Assembly (NCBI RefSeq): GCF_006345805.1
Contig: NC_043016.1
Coordinates: 4,154,001-4,218,000, forward strand
Reading direction: 5' to 3'
Source: Octopus sinensis
Lineage: Eukaryota
Length of the DNA stretch: 64,000 bases
The notes under the pieces were generated by a model. The model was not told where the DNA came from and did no database searches. It saw only the letters and a list, made by a program, of their open reading frames with translations. The translations under genes and the position numbers were made by a program. Shown here in pieces: positions 25,741-39,067 of the stretch (the first letter of the stretch is position 1; every line of letters starts with the position of its first letter).

Positions 25741-28700
25741 ATGCAATCTGAAGCACATCTTTGAAATAATGAACCTTGATTCCTGATACAGAAGTTGTAA
25801 CTAATTATCTTTATTGACAAGTTATTCTGTTTTAATCTGTTATTTCTCTTAGCATTACAAGTAAATATACAATAATATATATTAAATATAAATAGAACTA
25901 ACTTTACTGTTTTATTCTGCTTGCATTTTTGTGTTTCGTCCCTTTTAAAATTTCACTCTTCCCTTCCACTTCTTGTCCCTTTTGTAATTTTATTTTTCTT
26001 CTCTACACCCCACCTCCATTTTTGTAATTTTACTCTTTTCTCTTTTCCCCTTCCTCTTTGCAAAACTCATTTTATTTCCTATCTAAGGATCTTGTATTTC
26101 AGTCCCAAATGAACTATCCCAGCATGGTAACATTCACTTCAATGAAAGCAATATAGAGATATACTGCAAAAGAAATTTTTTTTTTCAACTTTTAGAACTT
26201 TCAGTCTACAAACAAATTATGAATTGAATTCCTTTTGGAATTTAACAATTTGTTTATTTATTTATTTTTTTTTTTAAAGTTAGTAATTTCAGTGGTATCC
26301 TTAAATATTTTAGGGAGTGTGAAATTGTGCAAGTTCTTGTATGTTATTGAAATTTATAATTATTAATTTTGCATTTGGTGGTTAAATTTCAGCCAAGTAA
26401 CTTATTTGTTTGAAACTTGCATATTTCTCTGGTCACTGAGAGCATTGAAATTAAATAAGTAAATTCAATTAAAAAATAATAAATCAATGAAACAAAGTCA
26501 GTAAGTTGAGTGAAACAGTTGAGTTCTGCACTAAATAAATGACAGTGTTTAGAATTCAGATGCTGTTGGAATTTTAAAATTTTGCCTTTCTTTCTTTTTG
26601 TAATTTCCTCTTGTAACATTAAAATAAACACCATTGAAATAGAGGGATCAATTCAAATACTTACACCCTTCTGTAAATAATTCTGGCTTTATGCTGATAT
26701 AATAAATCAACATTTTAATGGAGTAACATTTTAGACTTGATTGCTTGTAAAGTCAGTGTCATGGCTAAATCTTTTTTGGAAGCTCATATAGCTTTTCTTT
26801 CAAGTAGGCAATTCCTTTTTTAATTACAAAATTTTAGGATAAGTGCTTCATTTAATTATCCACATCCAGGCAAGTAAAAATTTTAGCAGACAGTGTAAGC
26901 AGTAAAGTCTGCAAGGAAACCTCTGTGATCTTTGGATCTTTTAGAAAGCCTCAAAGCAGATTTAACTGTTTTAACCCTTTTCACAGCATCTTACATGAAA
27001 CCACCATTAACACAAGATTCTCATTTTAAAATGTTATCTAAATTAAAACCTTCCATAATTTTATGTAAGAAATTTTTTGTGAATTTATATTCCTAACACC
27101 AGTTTGTTAATGAAAAAGATAATTTACTTTTTTAAATTTCCACAAATGCTAGGTTATTTTAAAATGACATGAAGCCCAAATAAGTTTATTTCATAAGTTC
27201 TTTGGTCAAAAAAAGGTAAAATGTTAGAGCCCATTTGATAATGTGGTCCTAAAATATGTTATGCTTAGAGAAAAAAAGATGCAGTGCTTATAGCTAGAAC
27301 AGTCGTGAGCAGAGTTTTTCTGGGTAATTGCTGATTTGAGCAAAACAGTCATAAAAAATGGTATTACTAAAACATGGTAAAGGAGAATAAAGGGTAAGCT
27401 GAGCTAAGGAAGTTTTTAATGCTGAAAAGGCCTAAGTCAGATCTTGGTGAATGATGTTTTCCTCATTCACTGATTAAACTTATGATTAATTATTACTGAA
27501 TGACGGAAGCTCTTACAGAAAGTGGACATAATGCAGGGAGGAAATAAGTTATTAAGTGTAAAACAGATTCTCAAACTGGCATGTGCAAGAGTAATTGCAA
27601 AGTTGATAAGATTTGTAAAATATTGGATTTGTGAAGTCATTGTAATCAATTAAACACAACTCATTTGTCTATAAACTATACACATCCATTTATTGTTGTG
27701 AGCAAAGGTTTTCAGCAATGCTTATAACAGAAAGCAAATATTCTGCACCTCTGTTATCCTTCTATTGAAAAGGATACAGAGGTGCATTTTTGAAACCACG
27801 TCAACAATTGAATTACTTGTTGAAAAAGTCTTGGAATTGATTTCTTTTATGGCATGATATCAGAATTTCTTTTTTTTTTCTTTTTTTTTTTTACATGATA
27901 TTCTTTAAGCTAGATATGCCAACCATGATGAGATACACTAGAAGAAAAAAATCTGAGAGCTTCTAGTCTCCTGAAACAGATTTTAATAGTAGAGCTAGTA
28001 TTAAATTTAAGTTATCATGAATAAAATAAACTTTTTGATTGTTTTACAGTTTCAGAATAGATATTCTTCATTTTCATTAAGGTGATATCATTATCAAATA
28101 ATGTATGTTTTCTCAGAGTAAATTTATTGATTTTCAGTGAATTGCAGGAAATTAATTAGAGCAAAATTTCTTAGGGATGAATTTCAGATTTATGTTGAAG
28201 GTTTAGAGAAGTGTATGTTTTGCTTATTCAGTAAAGAATTTAAGCTTTATGGTAGAATCTATCAAATTGCATTTTGGAAAACATAATTTTTGATTTTAAA
28301 AAATTTTTGTAGTTTTGTTTTTAATTTCAAAATGTTTATGAAAGCCTTCAAGAATAAATGCTTGTCAAAGCTTCTACAGTCAGGGAGCCTTGAAGTCAGG
28401 AAGGGTCAAGAACTGAATGAAGAGGTCTGATGGTATGTGTGAGAAAGCCTAATGCATAAGTCTGCTGCATCAGTTTTCAGATTGGGAAGTTATTAATATA
28501 GGCTAATGGGTCAAAAATTAGCTTACAATTATAAAGTTTGCTATAAACAAAAATACATAAAACAAATACTGCAAATAAAACACACTAATGTTTTTATTAT
28601 TTGCAGAATTTTTCATTAAGGAAGTGATCATGATCAAAATGTAGAAAAGGAGGGTGTGCTGTTATACATCATGTGTTCAGCACTTTATAATTCGCAGAAA

Positions 28701-29054
28701 ATAGTAATAGGCATTTATTATATATTAAAGATGATAGATGTGTGCAACAAGGACAGTTGTACTTATCTGAACATGTTATTTAAATGGATGATGTAACAAA
28801 GGACATAGTTATGCTAGTTGGGGTAGAATTAGGCCAAAGAACAACAGCTGTATATTTGGCTTTAAATTGTTATATGTTATGATTGTTGTTACTTAGCCCC
28901 AGGTGAGTTCTCAATGAGCATTCCAGCTGTGACCATTTCATATTTATTTCAGGCAGTGTTTCTGGGACTAGATTACCTAATATCTTGTTCTATTTTCTTT
29001 TTTTTGTGTGTGTATGTGTATAATGTTTGAGGGAGCTTTGGCTTTTATTTCCAG

Positions 29055-29112
29055 CAAGCCAGATGACCATGCAGACAGTAGTTTGCATTACAGAGACAAC
29101 TTCCGGCTGGTT
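29055..29112 (+). CDS. Candidate internal exon (xKPDDHADSSLHYRDNFRLV)
   Basis: Acceptor cttttatttccag, donor GTT|GTGAGA, one open frame; unsupported by homology. Confidence 0.3.
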
Positions 29113-30860
29113 GTGAGATGAGATAATAGGAAAGGAAAATTCTATGTTCAGACAGGATGAAAAACTATGCACTAACTTTGTTGAAAATTTATTTTCCTTA
29201 TGCTACAGAAAAATCTCCATTTCAGCTTCTAAGCAAACTGACTTCACTAAAGCAGGTCACCAATAGTCTCTATTCTAATTCCATTAGTTATATATTAAAA
29301 AGTCAGGCCTTATAGATGAATTAGTGCATGAAATAAATTGTCATAGCAAGATGTTGTTTTGAATGTATGTCCAATCACAGCATTGTGTATAAATTAAAAT
29401 ATATTAAACATGTCAATGATAATGATTATGAAGATAAGGTAAAAGTTAATGATGATGGTGATAATCTTTGGTTCAGTAGTTGTTGTTTAGCACTGGCTCA
29501 ACACTGACCAAACAACTCTCTTGCTATTATTGATGTTAGTGATTATTTTGATGAGACACAGTGCTAATTTTTGTAGGCAAATGGTATAGCACCTGGTAGT
29601 GACTTCAATAGATTACTGGTATTTATTTCATTGACTCCCTGCTTGACAAGTAAAAGATACAAGTAGGTGTGACAGGATACTAAACAAAAAAAGAAAAAAA
29701 AAAATCAAAACTGTAAACACTTATGAGTTTCAGTTCAGTGCTCAATCATCTCCTTCCTCTTCATTTGCTACACTATGCAATTTTGTAGGTAATAAGCTTA
29801 ATCCATTGCCTGGATTAACATAATTATCATCATTACTTGACATTTGGATATCTTTAACTGAGTCTACACTGTTACAAACATTTGATCCAGGTTTGAGGAC
29901 GAATATGTCCAGCAGTCATGGAAACCTTATCCTTCTTCTGACCTAGTCATAAGAAGAATGAAATGTAACAATTGATAATAATCAGTAAATGACATCTATC
30001 AGGCAGGTTACACATTCCTTCGATAATTATTAATTCACAACTTTGTTTATCCACTTTAATTAATTTCTTTATTCTAATTTTAAATAGTATCTGTTTGTTA
30101 CATAATGGTACAGTAGTAACAATTATGTATCATTTCCATGTCTTTACTAGGTAAACCTCAGTTCTTTTTTACTAATTGTGTAACATCATCTTAGAGAGCA
30201 AACTGCACATCATTTTCAACCCTTCTAGTTGGTTGCCAAACAGCATTTTGATGTAACCTCTTCCTTACTTGATATGTTTAATTGTTTGCATTTTATCTCT
30301 GCCTCTTTATAACATCAATATTATGCAAATACATGTAATGAATATATGTTTATTCTTTTATTGTGTAATGTTTGTTCATTTAGTCTTTTACTGGCTTCAT
30401 TTTTGTCACTGTGACCGTGTAGCAGCACCATTACAAGGGTTTTTTAGTTGATCATATCAGCCCCAGTACTCATTCCAATCTGCTACTTATTTTGACTGTT
30501 TCTAATAGGGATCACTATAGAATGTTGTACAATGGAGACAAGCACAGTTTGAACATGCAAAAAACACACTTTTTGCTTCATCATTTTTATGTCAAAATAA
30601 ATATCTTCTGAGGAAAATTATATATTGTTTGAAAGTTCTGGATGTGAACTTTCTTCTCATATACTTTTAATTAAAATCCAACTGTTACATATCATGTCAG
30701 GGTCCCTCAAATAGCCTGGCATTTCCACAAAGTTTGTCCTGTTTTTTCCTCTTTTTGACCATTGAATGTCAGCCTTCATTTTAGTTCACCGTGCTCGAGT
30801 GCTATAACTAGAGTTATATTAAAAATAATACTATCATGAAGAGGAAGGTTTTCACTTTAA

Positions 30861-31809
30861 TCTCTCTATATAAACGGCAGTTTGTGTGTCTGTGTGTCTG
30901 TCAGGTTGTACCCTCACCCTGACCACGGCTTTCAACCGATTCTGATGAAACTTGACACACACATAGCCCAATGTCATAATTCAAAACTAACGCAGCGAAA
31001 ATTTTGAAGAGTTCGCCCAGTTCTGAAAAAAATCGATAAATTCGACATGGGGTCGAGAATCAGAAACACAAACCACAGACTGTCTAGGGGACGCAACTCG
31101 ACCTTTTTAACTCTCAACTCCATCAATATCCAACTACTTGAAGCTATTCCTGGTGATGTCCACGTCTACAAATCTATTGATAGGACAGCAGACCCCGCCG
31201 AGCTTGCCGATTATCCTGTTGAATTCCTGAATTCACTTGAACCACCAGGCCTGCCGCCACACATCCTGAAGTTAAAAGTCGGTGCGCCCATTATGCTCAT
31301 CAGGAATTTGGTTCCACCTAAACAGTGCAACAGCACACGTCTGATTATGAAACATTTGCCACCACATTTAATAACGGCCACAATACTTACCGGTTGTGGG
31401 AAGAGAGAGGACGTCTTCATTCCACGCATGCACCTTCAACCGTCGGGCGCTGACCTACCAATCCACTTCAGGCGTTCTCAGTTTCCTGTTAAACTCTGCT
31501 TCACAATGTCCATCAATAAATCCCAAGGCCAAACGCTACAAGTCACTGGGTTACAGTTGGGCGAACAGTGCTTCGCCCACGGTCAACTCTACGTGGGCTG
31601 TTCACGTGTTGGGAGGCACAATGATGTTTTCATGTTTTCGCCCAAATGGACAGCTAGGAACGTCGTATACACAGAAGTATTCGAGTGAAGAGAAGACATT
31701 GCAACCTACACATGCGCCTTCATTCCTTAGAGAGAAAGGACTAGATTGGGATTAGTCGTTGCTACTAGGGGCTCTTACATACCCGGGCAACGCCGGGCTA
31801 TGCTGCTAG
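30861..31809 (+). mobile_element. Helitron deletion derivative carrying the RepHel helicase C-terminus
   Basis: Canonical A|TC...CTAG|T boundaries with GC hairpin cccgggcaacgccggg shortly upstream of CTAG. Confidence 0.93.
31047..31688 (+). CDS. PIF1-family (Helitron RepHel) helicase C-terminal fragment, 213-aa open frame
   Basis: YPVEFLNSLEPPGLPPHILKLKVGAPIMLIRNL, QFPVKLCFTMSINKSQGQTL, HGQLYVGCSRV; lacks the Walker A N-terminal half. Transposon-derived, not host PIF1. Confidence 0.85.
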   Translation: MGSRIRNTNHRLSRGRNSTFLTLNSINIQLLEAIPGDVHVYKSIDRTADPAELADYPVEFLNSLEPPGLPPHILKLKVGAPIMLIRNLVPPKQCNSTRLIMKHLPPHLITATILTGCGKREDVFIPRMHLQPSGADLPIHFRRSQFPVKLCFTMSINKSQGQTLQVTGLQLGEQCFAHGQLYVGCSRVGRHNDVFMFSPKWTARNVVYTEVFE

Positions 31810-31989
31810 TTTGATATAAAAAAAGATTTCATCCATTTCTCTCACCATTCAAATTGTCATATTTCCTAAAAATTCACCCAAATTTTACCAATGAAGTTTC
31901 AAAATGTTTCTTTTTGGATGCTCTCCAAGAAAATGTACAGTAGAAATTATATTTAAATATATTCCTTGTGATACCTACTTTTATATATT

Positions 31990-32250
31990 GCACCATTAAA
32001 CTACCTTTGAAAGCCAGTTAATTGGTGTTCAGTTTCCATGAACATCCACTACTTTCAGGTGTGGACACTCATGGCAGGTCTTTCTGATCACCCATTGTCT
32101 TGCAGGACATTCTGCTTTTGTGAAGTGTCCATTCTACTTGAAACATTGAAACATACAGCCCTTGGACAAGTGAGAAGCATGCTGGAGTTGCCATCATGAA
32201 GCTAGTTCTGAATGAGGGTTTTTGCTACCACTCATAAGAGGAGCAAGGGA
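31990..32250 (-). mobile_element. Mariner transposase N-terminal remnant
   Basis: Broken minus-strand reading resembling F..GR.SL.D..RSGRP of mariner HTH regions. Confidence 0.35.
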
Positions 32251-33066
32251 GAAATTACGACAGCCAAGGCCAAGGTGAACTACTTGATGATGTCAAAGAA
32301 GCTCTGGAACAACCTGATGAATCCTGAGCTAAGATGATCTAGTTCTTTTCTATATTAATTATGCTGCTTATCTTATTGTTATTACTTAAATTTGACAGGA
32401 ATCTGAGCTAAAATTTGATAGCTTGTGTGAGCATTGGGTAAATTTCAAAGAAGCTCTTATATTCTGCCTTATTTTCCCCTGATCAGATAGAGTGAACTAT
32501 ACACTGAATTTTCATGTAGCATGTCTCCTTTAAATGGTTGATCAATTAGACTATGTTGACATCTTAAGCTTATAGCTAATTGGCTTCATAGTGAGTTGTG
32601 TTTTGGTATCCATGTTGTTGATAATGATTAAAACATATTAGATGTTTTCTAAGCTTGTCCCTATTTAACAACTCTTGTTTCTACTTTTGATTGACAAGGA
32701 AATTTAGCTTGTGTTCTGTAATAATGATTATAGAATTTTGATGTTATTTCAGGCCACATTTTGGTGCTTAATGAGGAATTTAAACGCAACTCGACTGTCG
32801 CAGTTTCTTTTTTTTCATCTTTTTGTATTTTCTGTGCTGACTTTCCTCTCATTCATAATAAGTTATTTACATCATGACACTACTCATCATTTCACATCAC
32901 AACTTTTTTAATTTAACCTAGCAGCGAATCTTGTTTGTGGAAATGCTAGACTATTGACCATGATATATTAAGAAAAGGTATCCAGTAGTAAAACAAAAAA
33001 AAAAGAAAAAGAAAAAAATTAACTATTGTTCTAGTAAACAGAAATTATTGTATTTATGCTAATATA

Positions 33067-33560
33067 AGCACAGGTGTAGATGTGCGTTAAGAAGTTTGAT
33101 TTCAACCACATGGTTCTGGGTTCATTCCCACTGCATGGCATTTTGAGCAAATGTCTTCTACAGTAGCCTTGGATCAAACATTGCCTTGCAGGTAGATATG
33201 ATGGATGGAAACTGAAAGAAGTTATGTTAGCATAGGAACATTTTTTTTAGTTGTTAGTTTCAAGGTGTTATTATAATTTTCTATATTATATTATAATTCT
33301 CTGAATTATATTTTTAAAAAAAAGTATAATTATCAAATAAAATTGATTTCAAATTTTGGCACAAGGCCAGTAATATTGGGGTAGGGGGTAAGTCAATAAC
33401 ATCAACCCCAGTACCCAGCTGCTACTTATTTTATCAACTCCACCCCACCAAAAGGATGAAAGGCTAAGCTGATTTCAGCAAAATTTTAACCCAGACCATA
33501 AAGACAGATGAAATACTGCTCAGCATTTTGTTTGGCATGCTAACAACTCTGCCAGCTTAC
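33067..33560. mobile_element. Partial SINE family 1 (+, ~33067-33222) and SINE family 2 (-, ~33345-33560)
   Basis: Matches to the family motifs seen elsewhere in the window. Confidence 0.7.
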
Positions 33561-34373
33561 CAACTTACGTAATATTGATATCTAATCTGAAGTGATAAAG
33601 AGAACAAACTGCCAAAAATTGAATCATTTATCAAAAAATATTACATTTCTTTGACACTAATCTTCTGCTTTTGAATGATGCATTGTTCACTATTACCATT
33701 ATTAAATTCTTCAAATGATATACATTTTGTCATCACTCACATTGATTAATATCCCTGTTTTATGTGTCATGTTTCTTTTCTTTTTTCATAGTTTTTTAAA
33801 AATTTATATTTGTCTTATCCATTCCTTTCTCCACTGTCACATCAAATCTGTTTACTTTGTTTTAAAGGGTTTATAAACCAAACTCTCTTAAGTTGGAGGT
33901 ACATATGTATGTGAAATCTTAATTAAGAAAATATTATATTAATCTACAAATAATAAAGTCAAATAATCTGTAAAGCGACGATTAGCATTAAAAGAAGCCT
34001 CAAAATATTCCTATGAAGTCTGACTGTAATTAAACAATGTTTCGACATTACATTAGGTGTGGTATTATTAATGGATTTTTAGCAGACACTATGCAGTCCA
34101 AGACATTTTCCTGTTATCTTTTGCTGTGGTAAAGAACCTAATCATAAACATTATTTATTGTTAGTGTATATTAAGTAAAAAAGGCAAAAGACAGTCTCTT
34201 CACATTTTGCATGTCAAATATTAAGTTAGACTAGTTTACCATTGGTATTTTCTTTAGAGTACAACTGTGACATATTTTTAGAAATAATATTTTTGAAAAT
34301 CTCACAAACTTCACACCAATGCATGCACACACACACACACCAGTATGTACACACTGAAAACTGTACACTGTAG

Positions 34374-34410
34374 GAGACTTCGTGACTGGTGCCAAAGTTT
34401 AGTCCATGAT
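34374..34410 (+). CDS. Candidate 37-nt exon (xRLRDWCQSLVHD)
   Basis: Donor GAT|GTAAGA, moderate acceptor ctgtag, single open frame. Confidence 0.22.
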
Positions 34411-34587
34411 GTAAGAATGTTTTTACAGAACAAGAAACTTCACTTCACAGATTAGCTCTATGTTTATTAAGTGGGGGAATAATACCCCCACTTTTTTTTT
34501 CTCACATTTTTTCCCTCTTTCTTCAGAAACAAATTCTCTACCTATCTGTTAGTTTATTCTTGGCTTCTTCTCTCAGCAAATATAGCA

Positions 34588-34623
<36 letters not shown>

Positions 34624-35048
34624 TAAAATGTGTGTATGTGTAAAAAAAATGTGTTTGTCTTCAATGGAAATAGTTTTTGACATTCATTTTTATAAGATTT
34701 GCTTCTTATTTCATTGATTTGAGAAGTGAAAGTTAAAATATCAGTGCTGATTGAAATTATAACTCAACTTTGAGAATGCTGAAAATAAATGGTCTAATGT
34801 GTGTACATTTAAAAAATTTTCTTGTTCAGATAAAATATGCATATATTTATTGAAGTGCCATCTGTATCAAAACCAATCATTCTCTAGTTAGGCAAACATC
34901 AGTTATTCCAGTCTTTTCTCTGTATTTACTTGGTGTGTGTGTACGTGTAACTCTTAGCCTGTGATTCATTTTTGTAACTTTCTGTAATTAAAGATAATAA
35001 AAAAAATATATGTACTAGTGTATGTACTTTTTATCCTGTTTGTCCCAA

Positions 35049-35086
<38 letters not shown>

Positions 35087-35094
35087 TAAGCTGA

Positions 35095-35872
35095 ACCCTT
35101 AACAGACACTGACTTTGCTGATGACATCGCTCTTATCAGTGATTTTCTCTCCAATGCCCAGTCTCTTTTACAATCTCTTGAACAAGCCTCAAATTGTGTA
35201 GGTCTTTACCTCAATGAGTCCAAGACTGAATATGTAAACAAGTGCCTGTCCAACAGTGATTTCATCATCCATACTCTCAACAATGCGCCCTTAAATATGG
35301 TTTCTGATTACAAATATCTTGGGTCATACATATCATCATCTGAAAAGGATTTTCTAACTAGAAAGGGTATGGCCTAGTCAGCCTGTAATGACATGCATAA
35401 GATCTAGTCATCAAATCTAAGTAGAGATTTCAAACTTAAAATCTTCATAGTCACAGTCGAACCAATTCTACTATATAGCTCAGAAACCTGGACATTATCA
35501 AAGAAGCTTGAGAGGTGGTTGGATGGAACCTACACTCGCCTCCTTATGAGAGCTCAAAATCTCTCGTGGAAGCGTCATTCAACCATAGTACAAATATATG
35601 GGAAACTACCAACTGTATCATCTCCTGTGAAAGGTAGAAGAGTCCAGTTTGCTGGCCGTTGTTGTAGAGCTGGAAACGAGGTCATTTCTACTCTTCTCCA
35701 CTGGAAGCCATCTGCTTGCGATACCAGAGGGCGCACACTCTCCTACCCTAATGTAATCTCCAGGGATATAGGCATCCAGCAACAGGACCTCCGTAATGCT
35801 ATGATGGACCATAAGGTCTGGTGTAACATAGTAAATTCCATTGTCTCGACCATGATCGAACAATGATGATAT
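35095..35872 (+). mobile_element. RTE/RTEX-like LINE family C, 3' fragment
   Basis: DFADDIAL, YKYLGSYI, LLYSSETW, LDGTYTRLL..RRVQFAGRC; two in-frame TAG stops; (GAT) tail. Confidence 0.85.
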
Positions 35873-35881
35873 ATATATATA

Positions 35882-36030
35882 TGTAATCATCATCATTGTT
35901 TAATGTCCTCCTTCCATACTGGCTTGGGTTTGACAGTTTGATAAGAGCTGACCAGGCTGGAGCCTATGCCATGCTTCTGTGTCTGTTTTGGCATGGTTTT
36001 TATGGCTGGATGCTCCTCCTAACACCAACC
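35882..36030 (-). mobile_element. RTE family A 3' end, degenerate
   Basis: catcatcattgtttaatgtcc...ccatactggc motif, tail-to-tail with family C. Confidence 0.7.
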
Positions 36031-37060
36031 ATTGTGTGTATATATAGTGCAATAGCCGCAGTATGAGGTATAGTAGTATTAATAATTTTTCTTCCTGTTA
36101 CTATCACTATCATTACTGTTATATTATTACTTTCCTACTCTTTATACACTCATTTTTCCACGATACTTCTACCATCAGAATGATGAAATGTAACTTTGCT
36201 CACTCACTTTGACTTGTCTAAAAGAGTGGTTACATGCCATGGAAAATCTAGAGTAGCATTTCAGTCTACCAGCCAGCCTAGTCATAGCAGCCATACAGTC
36301 TTACATGCACTCTTACATAGATATATAGTTATGCATATCTTTCTTTCTATCCATCTCTCTATCCAGCTTAAAATATTGGCTCAAGGATGCTTTACTTCAA
36401 GTTTCGCAACTGCAACAAACAGTCTTGATGGTTCTGTTTGTTTTTTAAATAACAAAAACTCGAATATAACTGGCAATGGAAATATTTGGCCATTTGTTAC
36501 ATAACAAGTTCTCTTCTTTTCTTTACCTACCTAACTATTGTGTCTCTGATCCTTTGATGCCTGTTCTCCAATGCTGTAATAGATAGTTACTGCCCAAGAT
36601 AATTCTTATTGAGAGTTTCTGCCTTCTTAGATGGCTCACAGGTTGTCACATCTTGCCAGCGTGTTCCATGTTCTGTTTGTCTCTATGACTGCATGTTCTT
36701 CCATTTACCAATAGTTTTACAGAGTACACTCGGTGCCTTTTGTCATAGTAATTGTCACATCCCTCACACATTACAACTAAACATTCTCCTCAACACTACA
36801 CTTTCTCCACTTGTTTAGCCAATCGTTTTGCTCAGTCTACTTTATGTGTGTGGCATCATAAATCTCCGCTTATTTTTCAATGCTTTCACATGTGTCTTTC
36901 CATCTCACCCCATCACTTTCACACGCGTACACGTACATGCTATTGTGATTAAGTGGAAAAATCTGGAATATCAAACAAAATAATGTTGATAACAACGAAT
37001 ATGTATGCTTATAATGAATATATACTATATGTTTATATACTTTGATTCGTTTTCTTTCAG

Positions 37061-37171
37061 CTCGAATTGGTCATACAAAACTGAGAAAGCAAGATGTTGA
37101 TGAAATGCTTAAAAAGACACCAAATAAGTCAAGAATGTCTCAGCATTTGTTCCGGTCCCTCCATAGCCAGG
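37061..37171 (+). CDS. Internal coding exon of an unidentified host gene (xRIGHTKLRKQDVDEMLKKTPNKSRMSQHLFRSLHSQx), phase 1-1
   Basis: Strong acceptor ttcgttttctttcag, near-consensus donor CAGG|GTGAGT, 111 nt (multiple of 3), open frame, non-repetitive composition. Confidence 0.78.
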
Positions 37172-37409
37172 GTGAGTATCTAAACAGTTTCTTGATTTGT
37201 GTACACTGTATGTTATGTATGCATTCATTTGAAGGAAATGATATCCACTTTTGGTATATGTTTGTTTTGGAGATGAAGACGAGCATGGCAAACAAATGAA
37301 AAACCCTAACAGTTGATGGAGTAGATCTTTAGCTCTGGTGGTCTCAAATCTGCTGTGTATTATGTAACTTTCTCTTGTTTGTACACACACACACACAATA
37401 TCTCTCTGA

Positions 37410-38310
37410 CTTTACATGTTATCAAAGTGATAAAACGCATTGTGAGAAGGAGGCTCATCACCTTCTTGGAAGAAAATAACTTACTCACAAACACACAACA
37501 TGGCTTCCATGTGGATGTGATGTATTTCAACTTTGACAAAGTTAATCATGGGATGACATGCCACGAACTGTGTGACCCTGGTATCACTGGAAAAATAGGA
37601 GAGTGGCTGCATGACTTTGTAAATGACAGAAGTCAGACAGTTGTAGCCATTGGTGCTTGCTCTGGGGAGACATCAGTTCGCAGTGTAGTACTGGGACCAC
37701 TTCTGTTAGTGGTGGCTCTCTCAGACATGCACTCAATTATGCAGTGAGCCACTCTCAACAACCATGCAAATAATACAAAAGTATCACAGGTGGTCGAGTG
37801 CCCTGGTCACACCTGATCACACACTATCACTGCAAAACAGCATGAATGCAATACATAAATAGGCTGATGCAAATAACATACAATTCAGTGCTGAGAAGTT
37901 TCAAGCACTTCACTACCGGCTTACAAACTACAATTGGAATACACAGGACCAGTGGGTAGGATAATCCCATAGTCAGTTGGTGTGACATGGTAATCTGTGT
38001 GAGTAATGAGGCAGAATTCCATGTGTTTTACCTAGATGGCAACACTGTGCTGTTGAGATGTATTCTAAGACGATTCTGAACCAGAAGAAAGATACCATGC
38101 CGTTCCTTTGGAGAACTTTCATTCTCAGCCATCTGGATTTACTGCTCCTAACTGTGATCACTGCAGTGCTTCCAACTGGTGGGTGAACTTGAGGCAATCT
38201 GATGTGACTACACAAAGAAAATTGACTCTGTGACCCAGTTGAGTTACTGGGGGAGGCTCAAGAATCCAAAGCTCTACTCCCTTAAGAAAACATGTGAAAG
38301 ATATGCAGTG
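37410..38310 (+). mobile_element. Decayed CR1/L2-like LINE RT region
   Basis: FLEENNLLTNTQHGF, FDKVNHG, GITGKIGEWLHDFV, SVVLGPLL with internal deletions. Confidence 0.8.
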
Positions 38311-38321
38311 ATATAGATATT

Positions 38322-38584
38322 GTGGATGTGTGGTAAGAAACTTGCTTCCCAATCACATGATTCAAGGTTCAATTCCATTGTGTGCCTCCTTGGTCAAGTA
38401 TCTCCTACTATAGCCTTGAGCTGACCAAGGCTTTGTGAGTGGATTTGGTAGTCAGAAACTGAAAGAAGCCCGTTGTGTGTTTATATATATATATATATGT
38501 GCATGTATGTGGGTGTGTTCTTGTGTCTACTTGTCCTCTACCACTGCTTGACAACAGGTGCTGGTGTGTTTACATCCCCATAAT

Positions 38585-38647
<63 letters not shown>

Positions 38648-38845
38648 ATATATATCATCATCATCGTTTAACGTCCACTTTCCATGCTAGCATGGGTTGG
38701 ATGGTTTGACTGAGGACTGGCGAACCAGATGGCTGCACCAGGCTCCAATCTGATCTGGCAGAGTTTCTACAGCTGGATGCCCTTCCTAATGCCAACCACT
38801 CTGAGAGTGTAGTGGGTGCTTTTACATGCCACTGGTACGAGAGCC
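38322..38845. mobile_element. SINE family 1 (+, ~38322-38582) and RTE family A 3' end (-, ~38654-38845)
   Basis: Family motifs separated by a (TC)(TA)(TG) compound microsatellite. Confidence 0.75.
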
Positions 38846-38860
38846 AATACATACACATAC

Positions 38861-39067
38861 ACACCATGATGCGCTGAAAAGTTGCTGGCTTTGAATAAAA
38901 GAAAATACAGGAGGATCAATTAATTAATGTGAGAGGAGAATATTCCCCACTCAGATTCACGCACTTATGGCAGTGGTCATTCAGTTTTTCTAAACCCTGT
39001 AAAAGAACTTGTAAGGTTGGTCCTCCAATGAAGCCCTTAAAGTCATGAACTTTTCAGCAACCCCTTG
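38861..39067 (-). mobile_element. Mariner-derived MITE, second copy
   Basis: Same TIRs and internal sequence as 20603-20825 in reverse orientation. Confidence 0.7.

Noticed and set aside
27447-27505. C/D-box snoRNA-like pattern (ATGATGT..CTGA..ATGATT..CTGA)
   Set aside because: Imperfect C box, too short, no terminal stem; expected by chance in AT-rich DNA.
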